A stretch of 28,410 nucleotides of DNA from a virus (taxonomy: Duplodnaviria > Caudoviricetes), in IMG/VR virus record IMGVR_UViG_3300025687_000235, positions 1 through 28,410 of that record; one strand, 5' to 3'. This document shows positions 16,838 through 27,406 of this stretch, in pieces. A model generated the notes under the pieces. That model was not told the DNA's origin, did not search any database, and saw nothing but the letters and a program-made list of their open reading frames with translations. Position 1 is the first letter of the stretch. Each line of letters opens with the position of its first letter. The position numbers and the translations under genes were made by a program.

Positions 16838-19800
16838 ATGGGAATACCAAGAATAAATCCAGATTTTTCTCAATTAGGTAATTCGATATTTGAAACCGTA
16901 TATATTTACGATAAACTTTATGCGAATGAAATTGTTGTAGATAACACAATTTTTACTGGTGATGTTAATCTTGATGTTTTACGAGTAAGAAAATATTTTA
17001 GTGTAGGTACTAAGGAAAAACTTTTAAATGTTAATGATAATACTAAAAGAATTGGAATTAACACATTAAATCCTGATAGATCAATTGTTGCGATTGGTAA
17101 TGTTGGAATAGGAGGAACGGTTGATATTAATGGTGGTAGGGTAGGTATTAATTCTGATTATATTGATCCAACAGGCAATAGAGTTCTTGAAGTTGGTGGA
17201 AGTATAAAGATCACAAAATACATTTATGATCAATTTGATAAAAGAGGTAATAATACAAACGTTCTTTCTGTTGATGCAAATGGAATTTTCTGGAAAGAAT
17301 TAAGTACAGAAGTTCAGGAAGGTGTCTTTTTACAAGAAGAAGGTGTTGAAGTAGGACAAGGGGTTTCTTTCACAAATATTAATTTCGTGGAGAGAAACAG
17401 TCTTGGTATTTTGACCGAGACTCTGGGAATTACATCTTCCGGAATTTTAGGACTTGCCACTATATTTTCCAATGATTATTGGGGAAATGCAATAGGTGGT
17501 GACAAGGCAGTTGCCGATAATAACATTTATAGAATGACCAATGTTGGTATTTTTACCAATAATCCATTAGTTGCACTACAGATTGGTAAAAATACTTCTG
17601 GTGTGGTTGCCATTACATCGGAGGGTAATCTTGGAATAGGAACTACAAATCCAAGATTTCCTTTGGATGTTTATGGCGGTGTCTCTATTAGTGGTGTAAC
17701 AACTCTTGCATCTGATGGAGGTATTACAACAACCGGTGGAGACTTATTTGTTGATAATGGTCTTTCTGTAGGAGGTGCTGCTACTATAGGAGGTGCTGCT
17801 ACTGTAGGTGGTGAATTATTTGTTAAAGATGATTTATCTGTTTTTGGTGGAGATATAAAAACTAATCAATCCACATTTAACTTATTAAACACCACTGTAA
17901 CCACATTAAATCTTGGTGGTGCTGCAACTTCTATTGAGATAGGTAAGAATGATGCTACGGGCATTATAAGCATAAATTCTACGAAGGATTCAACCAGTAA
18001 AACAACAGGCGCATTAGTTGTTGATGGTGGTGTAGGAATTGCAAAAAGATTAACCGTAGATAATGTAAGTATTGCTAATACAGTTGGTGTTGGAAGTACT
18101 GCATATTTTGAGGATGAAGTTGATATTGATGGCACTCTAATACTAAATTCTTTTATACAGGATGTTAATGATTCTACTGGTGGCGATAAAGATTATCGTC
18201 TTGCTGCAGTTGGAAGTGGTGTTTCTTGGAGACCTTCTGGTGTTCAAACAAAGAGAACTATTTGGGTTTCGGAGAGTGGTAACGATGCCAATAGTGGATT
18301 ACTTGAGGGTGATGCAAAAAGAACAGTTGGTGGTGCAGCAGCAATAGCAGAAGCGAGTGATACAATTGTTATAAGACCCGGAACATATGATGAAAACAAT
18401 CCAATTGGATTAAGAACTGACGTATCTGTTACAGGTCAAGATTTGAGATTGGTTACAATCAGACCTCAAAATTTGATGCGTGATATTTTTCATGTAAGAA
18501 GAGGATGTCTCATTGAGAATTTGAATTTTGCCTGTAAAAATAATGATGGAGATCCAAATGACAATGGAGTAAGTGTTGCAAATACTGGAGGAGGAGCAGT
18601 TGCATTTCCTCCAACACAAACAGACATTGATGCCGGGACTGCATATCAAGCGGTAAGTGGATTTACTGATGTTGGACCAGCAACAGAAGGTCCTACGGGA
18701 AGATGGAGAAGTCCATATATTAGAAATTGCACAAACTTCATGACCAAAAGTATTGGCATGAAGATTGATGGTAATCATGCCACAGCATCAAGTGATGGTG
18801 CTAATTTGAAATCAATGGTTTGTGATTCATTTACTCAATACAATGAAGCAGGTATTGGAGTATCACTTACCAATGAAGCATATGCCCAATTAGTTTCTAT
18901 ATTTACAATTAATAATGATATAGGAATTTATGCTGATACTGGTGCTCAGTGTGATTTGACTAATTCTAATTCTTCCTTTGGAAATTATGGATTGGTTGCA
19001 GTTGGATTGGGAGCAACTCAATACACTGGTTTTGTTACTTCTAATACTGCTGGAGTTGCTTATGATTTTAATAACACCGATATTATAGTTGGCACTGCTG
19101 TTACCGACAGATCCAATGTATATCAAAGACCTTTTGATGGGCAGGCAGTTTGGTTTGCGATTGATCTTGCAAACTATCCAGATGCAACTCCACCAAGTGG
19201 AAGCACAATACTTCCATCTCCTATGAGAGAAGTTGAGAGAATTGATTTAATACCTAATGCTACTGGTAACTCTGGATTTAGTGCTGCTTCTCCTCCTAAT
19301 GTGATTATAGAAGATTTTGATGATACTTTAGTTGAACCTAAAGGTCCTCAATCTATTGCTGCTCAAGCAACTGCAACTGTAAGTGCAGGAGGATCCATTA
19401 CCCAAATTAATTTAATTAGTAATGGTAGAAATTATCTTCCAACTCAAAATATAGTTGTTAGTATTAATGGAAATACTGGAATTGCGACTGCTATCATGAA
19501 ACCTATCTACTATACAGTTTCTGAAGCGGGCGATTTCAATTCTGTGGGTATGACGACTATAACCTTTAATGAATTTATACCATATGAATTATTTGAAGGA
19601 GATCCAATTTATTTTGCAAGAATAAGTCGTATTCTTACATCTTCACATTCATTTGAATACATTGGTACTGGGACCACTATAAATAGTGCGTTACCCTTTG
19701 AGGGTGCAGTTCCAATCAAAGCTAATGAAGTTGATGCCAGAGATGGAGCACAAATTCCGTTTACTAGCACCGACCAAAAAGGAAATTTTGATATAGGAGA

Positions 19801-19900
19801 GGGGATACAAATCGACCAAACAACGTCAACAATTAGAGGTAGAGATTTTAGTAGAGCAGTTCAGGCAGAAATTACACCATTAATACTTGCATTAAATTAA
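16838..19900 (+). CDS. Tail fibre/spike-like structural protein with a pectin-lyase-like beta-helix
   Basis: N-terminal (V/L)GIGTTNP fibre repeats and GALVVDGGVGIAK; WVSESGNDANSG..DTIVIRPGTYDE beta-helix cap; SPYIRNCT. Confidence 0.7.
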   Translation: MGIPRINPDFSQLGNSIFETVYIYDKLYANEIVVDNTIFTGDVNLDVLRVRKYFSVGTKEKLLNVNDNTKRIGINTLNPDRSIVAIGNVGIGGTVDINGGRVGINSDYIDPTGNRVLEVGGSIKITKYIYDQFDKRGNNTNVLSVDANGIFWKELSTEVQEGVFLQEEGVEVGQGVSFTNINFVERNSLGILTETLGITSSGILGLATIFSNDYWGNAIGGDKAVADNNIYRMTNVGIFTNNPLVALQIGKNTSGVVAITSEGNLGIGTTNPRFPLDVYGGVSISGVTTLASDGGITTTGGDLFVDNGLSVGGAATIGGAATVGGELFVKDDLSVFGGDIKTNQSTFNLLNTTVTTLNLGGAATSIEIGKNDATGIISINSTKDSTSKTTGALVVDGGVGIAKRLTVDNVSIANTVGVGSTAYFEDEVDIDGTLILNSFIQDVNDSTGGDKDYRLAAVGSGVSWRPSGVQTKRTIWVSESGNDANSGLLEGDAKRTVGGAAAIAEASDTIVIRPGTYDENNPIGLRTDVSVTGQDLRLVTIRPQNLMRDIFHVRRGCLIENLNFACKNNDGDPNDNGVSVANTGGGAVAFPPTQTDIDAGTAYQAVSGFTDVGPATEGPTGRWRSPYIRNCTNFMTKSIGMKIDGNHATASSDGANLKSMVCDSFTQYNEAGIGVSLTNEAYAQLVSIFTINNDIGIYADTGAQCDLTNSNSSFGNYGLVAVGLGATQYTGFVTSNTAGVAYDFNNTDIIVGTAVTDRSNVYQRPFDGQAVWFAIDLANYPDATPPSGSTILPSPMREVERIDLIPNATGNSGFSAASPPNVIIEDFDDTLVEPKGPQSIAAQATATVSAGGSITQINLISNGRNYLPTQNIVVSINGNTGIATAIMKPIYYTVSEAGDFNSVGMTTITFNEFIPYELFEGDPIYFARISRILTSSHSFEYIGTGTTINSALPFEGAVPIKANEVDARDGAQIPFTSTDQKGNFDIGEGIQIDQTTSTIRGRDFSRAVQAEITPLILALN

Positions 19901-19901
19901 T

Positions 19902-20573
19902 ATGGCAGTAGCACCATTAAATAAATTTATAACTGTAGCAGTACCGGTTGCACCTGGAATTAATACTGTATATACAACTCCTGTTGGTGTAAGTGCTATT
20001 GTATTATATGCCGGAGTTTCAAATGTTGGTTTAGGAACGACTACTTCATATCCAACAGTAACGTTTACGCACCAAAGAAAATCCACGGGAACAAGAACAT
20101 TTGGTAATACCAGAGATACGAGAATTGTAAAAGATATTGAGGTGCTACCGAATGATACATTGTTTCTTATTGATGGAAGATTAGTCTTAGAAAGAACTGC
20201 TGCTGTATCGGATTCATTGACTATTATTAGTGATCAGCATGGTGTCAGAGATATTCAGGGTGTTGAATATCATGCTCCTAATGGGGTAACTACTGTAACT
20301 ACCACAACTCCTCATGGATTCCAAGTTGGTGATGAGATTACTATGGCAGATATTCAATTCACTTGTACGGGAGATGGATACGGAATAACCACAACGTTTT
20401 TCCCCTCACCACAGAGAAGTTTTACTGTAGATGTATCAAATACTCCAACAACTTTTGAAGTAAATTCTGGTAAGAGTGTTGGCATTGCTCACAATCATGT
20501 TAGTGGAACAGGAAAAGTAGCACCCTTAAGATTGGAATTAACCCTTAGTATTCTTGAAAATAGTCTTGCATAA
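19902..20573 (+). CDS. Virion structural protein (fibre-associated)
   Basis: VYTTPVGVSAIVLYA..LVLE..D.L..LTLSILE frame with an inserted TVTTTTPHGFQVGDEI domain. Confidence 0.6.
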   Translation: MAVAPLNKFITVAVPVAPGINTVYTTPVGVSAIVLYAGVSNVGLGTTTSYPTVTFTHQRKSTGTRTFGNTRDTRIVKDIEVLPNDTLFLIDGRLVLERTAAVSDSLTIISDQHGVRDIQGVEYHAPNGVTTVTTTTPHGFQVGDEITMADIQFTCTGDGYGITTTFFPSPQRSFTVDVSNTPTTFEVNSGKSVGIAHNHVSGTGKVAPLRLELTLSILENSLA

Positions 20574-20575
20574 CA

Positions 20576-23500
20576 ATGGCAAAATATTTAAGCGGAAGAG
20601 TAAAAAGAAAAGAACAATCCAAAGTAGCAATTTCTACGGATCGCTACCGTTATCTTGGACTTAATGAAACTGAACCAAATTTAGGTGATCCTCTTTCCGG
20701 GACATTTCAAGACACTCCACCTGCTGGTACAAGATATCAAATAGTTTCCGTTGAAGGATATCCTGGAGAAAGATATTGGATTCCTGTTGAGGGTGGAATC
20801 ATTCCAGGATCTATTACTGTCTATGATGAATCTACTAAACTTGTTGGTAATATTAGTAGTATAACTCAACTCAATTTTATTGGTGCTGCTATAACTGCAA
20901 CATCAGATTCATTTAAAGAAACAACATTAACTTTAAGTGGCAATCATAGTTTTTCTGTTGGTTTAGGTATTACACAGGGTAACAATAATGTTACTGGTTT
21001 TGTAAAATATTCTACAACAACAGTTGGATATGTTACTGTCACTAATGTTGAGGGATCGTTTGCTCAAAATGCAAGTGATGAAATTTATGAGGATGGAGTA
21101 ACCACTGGATTAACCGTAGATTCTTTATCTTCGATTATTGAGACTGGAGTTAAAGCAGACATAACTGTTTCTCCACAATTCTTTTCTGAAAATAAAGAAT
21201 TAATATTTAATGATAATGGGGAATTTAATGGTGCTAGTGTTTATTGGGATAAGTCTAATACACGATTAGGTATTAATAGTAGTGATCCTGCACATACTTT
21301 AGATGTTACAGGAGATATTGATGTAAGTGGTAGCATTAAAGTTGGAGCAACTATCTATGATAGTGATGGTGATCCAGGAACTGACGGGCAAATTCTTGCG
21401 AAGGGAGCAGGAAATCCTGGGACAATAGATTGGGTTCGTTTGGAATCTATTATTACTGGTGCTGGTGGAACAATTGGTAATATTCAGTTTCATGGCACTA
21501 CTGGATTGGTTCAGGGTGATAATGAATTAAATTTCAATCCTTATAATGAGTTTATTGGTATTGGTACTAATGATCCGGCACAGAAGTTTCAAGTTGGAGT
21601 AGATGGAAAAAGATATACAACAAAGAAATTAACTTTAGATAGTGCTATAGGTGATAATTATAGTGCAGGAGATTTAGTTCAATTGAGAACGGCAGCTTCT
21701 CCATTTGGACTGCAGGATATATTTGGAACTCTTGTATATGATGTGCCTTCTGCCGGAACAGCACTAACGGTTAGAAATAGTAATTACGAAACAAAAGGAA
21801 CTCAATGGAGTTCTTTTACTGGTAATGGGTATAGAATATACTTTAATAACACTCTTTTAGCTACTGGCAGGTATATAACTTCTGTTGCAAATGATGCCAC
21901 CATACCAGAAACTACCTACGAGGGAGATGATGTCTTTGTAGTTACTAGCACTGGTGATGTTGGTATTGGCACAGTAAATCCAAGGACAAAGAGAGATTCT
22001 ACGACAGTTAATTTAGATGTTGTCGGTGATGTTTTATTTAAAGGTGATAATAACTATGATCTTCACTGGGACAAGAGTGCTTATAGTTTAATACTTGATG
22101 ATAATGCCAAGTTTGCTGCAGGCACTGACTCTGATTTAGAAATATATCATAATGGCACTACTGGATATATTGATAATAAGACTGGACATTTATATATTAG
22201 AAATGCTGGGTCAAATATTAATTCAAACATTTATATTCAGGCAAGAAGTGGAGAAAATAGTATTATTTGTAACGATGATGCTGGCATAGATCTTTATTAT
22301 AATAATAGTAGAAAAGCATATACAGATATCAGTGGTTTTCGTATAGATGGTAGATTATATGTTGATCACAGCACATCAGAGTTTCATGGAGATGTAATAT
22401 TTGATGGAAATACTGCTGGTCGTGATATTTACTTTGATGTGAGTGAAAACTCTTTATATGCTTATGATAATGCAGAATTTCGTGTAGGGACAACTGCCGA
22501 CCTACGAATTTACCATGATTCTACACTCACCAAAACATATGTTGGGTTAGATTCTAGTGGTGGTAAGACATTAGACTTCGTTTCTTTTGATAATAATCTT
22601 GGCATAAGCACTGCCATGAGAGTGACACATGTTAATAGTGGAGATAATTATAATACTTATGTAAATCTATACTATAATGGAGTTGAAAAATTAGAAGTAA
22701 CGGAAAATGGTATTGATGTAACGGGTCATGTAGAAACCGATACATTAAATGTTTCTTCTGCATCAACTATTTCTAATATTAAGATTGGTGGTCTTGGTGG
22801 AAATCTTTCTAATACAATAGATACAACTTCTGGAAATTTAATTATTAATGCTCAAGGTGGTTCTAATACAATTGTTACTGATAGCGAACTGCAAATTAAT
22901 AGTACTGAACCAACCACTGGTAATAATGATGGTGCTTTAATTGTTGCTGGTGGTGTTCATATCAGAAGTGATTTGATATTATGTAATGATCCTGATATCG
23001 TGGATACTATTGACCCCGTTAAAGTTGGTATTGCAACAAGAACTCCTGTTGATAGACTTCAAATAGGATCACGGAACGAATTTATACCAGTTGTAAATAC
23101 AAATACTGGAGATCTTGCTGCTCCTGTTGGTGGTTTGGGTACCAATGAAATTACTGGAATCACAATATCTGGATCTGGTATTGTATTGGGACAAGAAGTA
23201 AAATCTGGATTCCATACAGTTGGCACGAAGATTTCAAATATTGTTGGAAATACAATTATTGTTGATACTTATGCAACTAATACTGTAGCACAAACTAATG
23301 TTCCTATTACTTTTGGTATAAGAAATGATAGTGCTGTTATTGCTATTGGACAAACCGGTTCTGTTGGAATAGGCACTACAAGTGCCGAAGCAAAATTAGA
23401 TGTTCGTGGTAATTTACAAGTTACTGGAATTGCATCAGTCAGTGAAACTATAAAAGTTGGTGCGGCTGTAACGATTTCATCAAGTGGAGATACATTCATA

Positions 23501-26500
23501 TCTGGTATCACATCTGTAGGCACTGGTGTGACCATTACTCCATCTAATGGAGGTATTGCCGTCACCGGAATTATAACAGCAACTGGTGGATTTATTGGCA
23601 CAGTTAATAGTAGTGATATTGTTGGTGATATAACAGCAACTAATATTAATGTTACCGAAGAAAGTACTGATGCCGAGTGTAATATAGTTTTTGTAACCGC
23701 ATCTAATGGAATTCTTCCACCAAAAACTAATGCCAACTTAACTTATGATTCAAGTACTGGAAAATTGCAATCTGCTAGTTTTGAGGGTGATGGATCTTTA
23801 CTGACTGGTGTTATTGGTGTAGGCACTGGCGTTGAACTTCAATCAAATGGAACTTCGGTTGGAGCTGCAGCAACAATTAATTTTAGTGGAGGATTTAATG
23901 TATTACTTTCTACTTCAAGTGGTGTTGCGACAGTAACTCCAACAGCAACGGATAGAAGTGTTTTCTCTCATTATTCTGATTATGCAAGTCATAGTGAAAC
24001 ATCAAATTATGCATACGGTATTGTAGGTATTGCAAACACTTCTTACAATGAAGTAGGAATACTTACTGCAAATTCATCTTCTGCAGATAGTTTTGGATGG
24101 TCAGTAGCAACCAGTGCTGATGGCAAGACTATTGTTGTTGGAGATCGCTTTGGTGATGGTAATGCAACAGATTCAGGCGCAGTTTATGTCTTTGATCGTG
24201 AAGGAAATACCTATAGTCAAGTAGGTGTCTTGACAGGTTCTTATTCTACCGATAATTATGATAATTTTGGACAAGCAGTAGCAACCAGTGCCGATGGTAA
24301 GACCATTGTTGTTGGTGCTTTTGATGATGAAACTTCTGGCACTACTGGTTATGGTCTTGTTTATGTTTATGATCGTGTTGGAAATGACTTTAATGAAGTA
24401 GCAATTTTAACTGGTTCTTATGCCACCGAATCTTTTGATTACTTTGGATGGTCAGTAGCAACCAGTGCCGATGGTAATACTATTATTGTTGGTGCTTATG
24501 GTGATGAAACTTCTGGCACTACTGGTCATGGTCTTGTTTATGTTTATGATCGTGTTGGAAATGACTTTAATGAAGTAGCAATTTTAACAGCATCTGATCA
24601 AGGTGCAGGTGATTCTTTTGGACAGGATGTTGCATGTAGTGTTGATGGTAAGACTATTGTTGTTGGTGCTGGTGGTCATGACGATCTTTCGGGACATACA
24701 TCTTCAGGCGCAGTTTATGTCTTTGATCGTGTTGGAGATGATTTTAATGAAGTAGGAATTTTAACAGCATTTGACAGTAATAATTACTACTTTTTTGGAA
24801 ATGAAGTAGCAACTAGTGCTGATGGCAAAACTATTTTTGTTGGTAGAAGTTCTATTTCTGCTAATCAACCTGGTGCTGTTTATGTTTATGATCGTGTTGA
24901 AAATGACTTTAATCAAGTAGGAATTTTAACAGGTTTTTATGCCGATGATGATGATCAATTTGGGATCTCTGTGGCATGTAGTGCCGATGGTAAGACGATT
25001 ATTGTAGGAGCTCAAAGTGATGAGTATCCTGGTTCTGGCAATGGTTCTGGTCTCGTTTATGTTTTTAATCGTCAGGGAAACAACTTTAATGAAGTAGGAA
25101 TTCTCACCGGATCTTATGCTTCTAATACTGGTGATTATTTTGGACATTCTGTAGCAACCAGTGCCGATGGTAAGACCATTATCGTTGGTGCTTACAATGA
25201 TGAGATTAATAGTGAACAAGGTCTTGTTTATGTTTTCGATCAAAATGTAAATACAAAATCACTTTTAAGGACTATAGATGAAAAAAATATAATTATAGAA
25301 TCTAATTTAACAGTAACGGGTGATATTAAAGGAACTGCAGATAATGCCGATAGAAGTATTTTCTCTTCCTATTCCGATTATGCAAGTCATAGTGAAACAT
25401 CAAATGGATCTTATAATCTTGTAGGTATTGGATCAACTTATATTGAAGTAGGTGCTATAGAACTTGATAATCCTAACTCTAACGATGAATTTGGACACAC
25501 AGTAGCAACCAGTGCTGATGGTAAGACCATTATCGTTGGTGCTCCCGATCATGATACTAATTCATTATCAAATGTAGGTGCAGTTTATGTCTTTGATCGT
25601 GAAGGAAATACTTATAGTCAAGTAGGTTTCTTTACTGGTTCTTATGCTACCAGTAGCAGCGATTATTTTGGACAAGAAATTGCATGTAGTGCCGATGGTA
25701 AAACCATAGTTGTTGGCAACCAATATAGTGAATTACCAGGATCGGAGTCGAATAGTGGACTTGTTTATGTCTTTGATCGTGTTGGAAATGATTTTAATGA
25801 AGTCGGTATCTTAACCGGTTCTTATGCTTCTCAAAATAGTGATAATTTTGGATCGTCAGTAGCAACCAGTGCCGATGGTAAGACTATTGTTGTTGGTGCT
25901 CTTCTGGATGAGAAGGGTGTTGATAGTGTTGATGGCGGAGGTGTAGTTTATGTCTTTGATCGTGTTGGAAATGATTTTAATGAAGTAGGTATTCTAACAG
26001 TATCAAGTGGTGCATTTGTTTTTGATTATTTTGGATATTCTGTAGCAACCAGTGCCGATGGTAAGACTATTGCTGTTGGTGCGTATGGTGATGAAAGTGG
26101 CGTAACAGTAACTGATGTAGGTGCAATTTATGTCTTTGATCGTGTTGGAAATGATTTTAATCAAGTAGGTATTCTAACAGCATCTTACGATACCGTGCGC
26201 TATGACTTTGGACGCGAAGTAGCAATCAGTGCCGATGGTAAGACTATTATTGGTAGTGCTTATTATGAGTCTGGGACCGGTGATCCTACTAAAGGCACTG
26301 TTCATGTCTTTGATCGTGTTGGAAATGATTTTAATGAAGTAGGTATTCTAACAGCAGGAACTGAATATGCTGATAATCATGATTATTTTGGATGGTCAGT
26401 TGCATGTAGTGCCGATGGTAAGACTATTTTTGTTGGTGCTCCCAATGATGAATATTCATCTACTTTTACTACTGGCATTGTTCATGTTTTTAATCGTCAG

Positions 26501-27106
26501 GGAAATAACTTTAATAAAGTAGGTATTATAACCGGTTCTTATGCTACTAATCTTGCTGATAAATTTGGATACGCAGTGGCATGTAGTGCAGATGGTAAGT
26601 CTGTTATTGCTTCTGCTCTCAATGATGAGATTGGAGGTACTAGTGCTGCCGGTGTCGTTTATGTCTTCGATCAAACAACAGTTGCCAGAGATGCAATTAC
26701 GGCAACAGATACTGGTGTTTTAATTACCGGAGATCTCAATGTAACTGGTGATATTACTGCATTCTATACTTCTGATGAAAGATTAAAGGATAATATCACT
26801 CCAATTGATGATCCTTTGGCAAAGGTAATATCAATTAGTGGTAACACATTCGATTGGAATCAAAATTCCAATAAGTCTGGTCATGATGTTGGTGTTATTG
26901 CACAAGAAATAAAAGAAATTCTGCCAGAAGCTGTTACTGAAAGAGATAATGGGTATCTTGCGGTTGATTATTATAAAGTAATTCCTCTCCTAATTGAGGC
27001 AATCAAGGAACTTTCTGAAGATAGAAATATCATAACTTCTAAAAACGGAGTTAAGTATCGTTTCGTTGTTGACGATGATGGAAACCTATCAACTGAGAAG
27101 GTCTAG
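20576..27106 (+). CDS. Long tail fibre / adhesin with two FG-GAP beta-propellers and a C-terminal peptidase S74 intramolecular chaperone
   Basis: GIGT fibre repeats; 14 FG.SVATSADGKTIVVGA..G.VYVFD repeats; TSDERLKDNI..GVIAQEI..LPEAV..VDYYKVIPLLIEAIKEL. Confidence 0.85.
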   Translation: MAKYLSGRVKRKEQSKVAISTDRYRYLGLNETEPNLGDPLSGTFQDTPPAGTRYQIVSVEGYPGERYWIPVEGGIIPGSITVYDESTKLVGNISSITQLNFIGAAITATSDSFKETTLTLSGNHSFSVGLGITQGNNNVTGFVKYSTTTVGYVTVTNVEGSFAQNASDEIYEDGVTTGLTVDSLSSIIETGVKADITVSPQFFSENKELIFNDNGEFNGASVYWDKSNTRLGINSSDPAHTLDVTGDIDVSGSIKVGATIYDSDGDPGTDGQILAKGAGNPGTIDWVRLESIITGAGGTIGNIQFHGTTGLVQGDNELNFNPYNEFIGIGTNDPAQKFQVGVDGKRYTTKKLTLDSAIGDNYSAGDLVQLRTAASPFGLQDIFGTLVYDVPSAGTALTVRNSNYETKGTQWSSFTGNGYRIYFNNTLLATGRYITSVANDATIPETTYEGDDVFVVTSTGDVGIGTVNPRTKRDSTTVNLDVVGDVLFKGDNNYDLHWDKSAYSLILDDNAKFAAGTDSDLEIYHNGTTGYIDNKTGHLYIRNAGSNINSNIYIQARSGENSIICNDDAGIDLYYNNSRKAYTDISGFRIDGRLYVDHSTSEFHGDVIFDGNTAGRDIYFDVSENSLYAYDNAEFRVGTTADLRIYHDSTLTKTYVGLDSSGGKTLDFVSFDNNLGISTAMRVTHVNSGDNYNTYVNLYYNGVEKLEVTENGIDVTGHVETDTLNVSSASTISNIKIGGLGGNLSNTIDTTSGNLIINAQGGSNTIVTDSELQINSTEPTTGNNDGALIVAGGVHIRSDLILCNDPDIVDTIDPVKVGIATRTPVDRLQIGSRNEFIPVVNTNTGDLAAPVGGLGTNEITGITISGSGIVLGQEVKSGFHTVGTKISNIVGNTIIVDTYATNTVAQTNVPITFGIRNDSAVIAIGQTGSVGIGTTSAEAKLDVRGNLQVTGIASVSETIKVGAAVTISSSGDTFISGITSVGTGVTITPSNGGIAVTGIITATGGFIGTVNSSDIVGDITATNINVTEESTDAECNIVFVTASNGILPPKTNANLTYDSSTGKLQSASFEGDGSLLTGVIGVGTGVELQSNGTSVGAAATINFSGGFNVLLSTSSGVATVTPTATDRSVFSHYSDYASHSETSNYAYGIVGIANTSYNEVGILTANSSSADSFGWSVATSADGKTIVVGDRFGDGNATDSGAVYVFDREGNTYSQVGVLTGSYSTDNYDNFGQAVATSADGKTIVVGAFDDETSGTTGYGLVYVYDRVGNDFNEVAILTGSYATESFDYFGWSVATSADGNTIIVGAYGDETSGTTGHGLVYVYDRVGNDFNEVAILTASDQGAGDSFGQDVACSVDGKTIVVGAGGHDDLSGHTSSGAVYVFDRVGDDFNEVGILTAFDSNNYYFFGNEVATSADGKTIFVGRSSISANQPGAVYVYDRVENDFNQVGILTGFYADDDDQFGISVACSADGKTIIVGAQSDEYPGSGNGSGLVYVFNRQGNNFNEVGILTGSYASNTGDYFGHSVATSADGKTIIVGAYNDEINSEQGLVYVFDQNVNTKSLLRTIDEKNIIIESNLTVTGDIKGTADNADRSIFSSYSDYASHSETSNGSYNLVGIGSTYIEVGAIELDNPNSNDEFGHTVATSADGKTIIVGAPDHDTNSLSNVGAVYVFDREGNTYSQVGFFTGSYATSSSDYFGQEIACSADGKTIVVGNQYSELPGSESNSGLVYVFDRVGNDFNEVGILTGSYASQNSDNFGSSVATSADGKTIVVGALLDEKGVDSVDGGGVVYVFDRVGNDFNEVGILTVSSGAFVFDYFGYSVATSADGKTIAVGAYGDESGVTVTDVGAIYVFDRVGNDFNQVGILTASYDTVRYDFGREVAISADGKTIIGSAYYESGTGDPTKGTVHVFDRVGNDFNEVGILTAGTEYADNHDYFGWSVACSADGKTIFVGAPNDEYSSTFTTGIVHVFNRQGNNFNKVGIITGSYATNLADKFGYAVACSADGKSVIASALNDEIGGTSAAGVVYVFDQTTVARDAITATDTGVLITGDLNVTGDITAFYTSDERLKDNITPIDDPLAKVISISGNTFDWNQNSNKSGHDVGVIAQEIKEILPEAVTERDNGYLAVDYYKVIPLLIEAIKELSEDRNIITSKNGVKYRFVVDDDGNLSTEKV
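24040..25245 (+). repeat. FG-GAP repeat block 1 (7 repeats)
   Basis: Seven roughly 160-180 bp repeats with a gtagcaaccagtgccgatggtaagac-like core. Confidence 0.88.
25440..26675 (+). repeat. FG-GAP repeat block 2 (7 repeats)
   Basis: Seven further repeats with the same core and gtctttgatcgtgttggaaatgattttaat-like segments. Confidence 0.88.
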
Positions 27107-27133
27107 GACACTCACCCGACTGGCACACACCCC

Positions 27134-27162
27134 TTGACCACCCGGTCCAGATGCCCTATAAT
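27134..27162 (+). promoter_or_regulatory. Sigma70-type early promoter
   Basis: TTGACC 27134-27139, 17-nt spacer, TATAAT 27157-27162. Confidence 0.82.
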
Positions 27163-27185
27163 ATGGGGGTAATCAACGGAACAGC

Positions 27186-27380
27186 ATGAACGAGTACGTC
27201 AAAGGCATTGTGATCGACATTTGCTCTCGCTCTTTCCTTCTGCTCAGCAGCGAAGGAGATGAGAAGTTCGTAGAGTGCGATACTGTCGATCAATTTATGA
27301 ATGTCCTCGAAGTTGTAACTGCCAATTTGGAAGAAGATCAGATCGAATATGCAGACCTTGCAATTTGCCAAAAGGTGTGA
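27186..27380 (+). CDS. Small acidic hypothetical protein
   Basis: 64-aa ORF directly downstream of a sigma70 promoter. Confidence 0.75.
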   Translation: MNEYVKGIVIDICSRSFLLLSSEGDEKFVECDTVDQFMNVLEVVTANLEEDQIEYADLAICQKV

Positions 27381-27397
27381 TATACTTAACCTAAATA
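27358..27397 (+). promoter_or_regulatory. Sigma70-like promoter plus late-like CTAAATA
   Basis: TTGCAA 27358-27363, 17-nt spacer, TGn-TATACT 27381-27386; CTAAATA 27391-27397. Confidence 0.55.
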
Positions 27398-27406
27398 AAC
27401 TCAACG

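Noticed and set aside
17771-17806. 18-bp tandem duplication (GGAAT-I/V) and the GGTGCT run near 10364-10385
   Set aside because: Short in-frame low-complexity repeats that are ordinary in fibre and Gly-rich proteins.
24040-26675. Repeats with conserved cores and variable spacers resembling a CRISPR array or a DGR template/variable repeat pair
   Set aside because: They are in-frame, degenerate protein repeats of about 170 bp within one ORF. No cas or reverse transcriptase gene is in the window, and no adenine-specific mismatch pattern was evident by eye.
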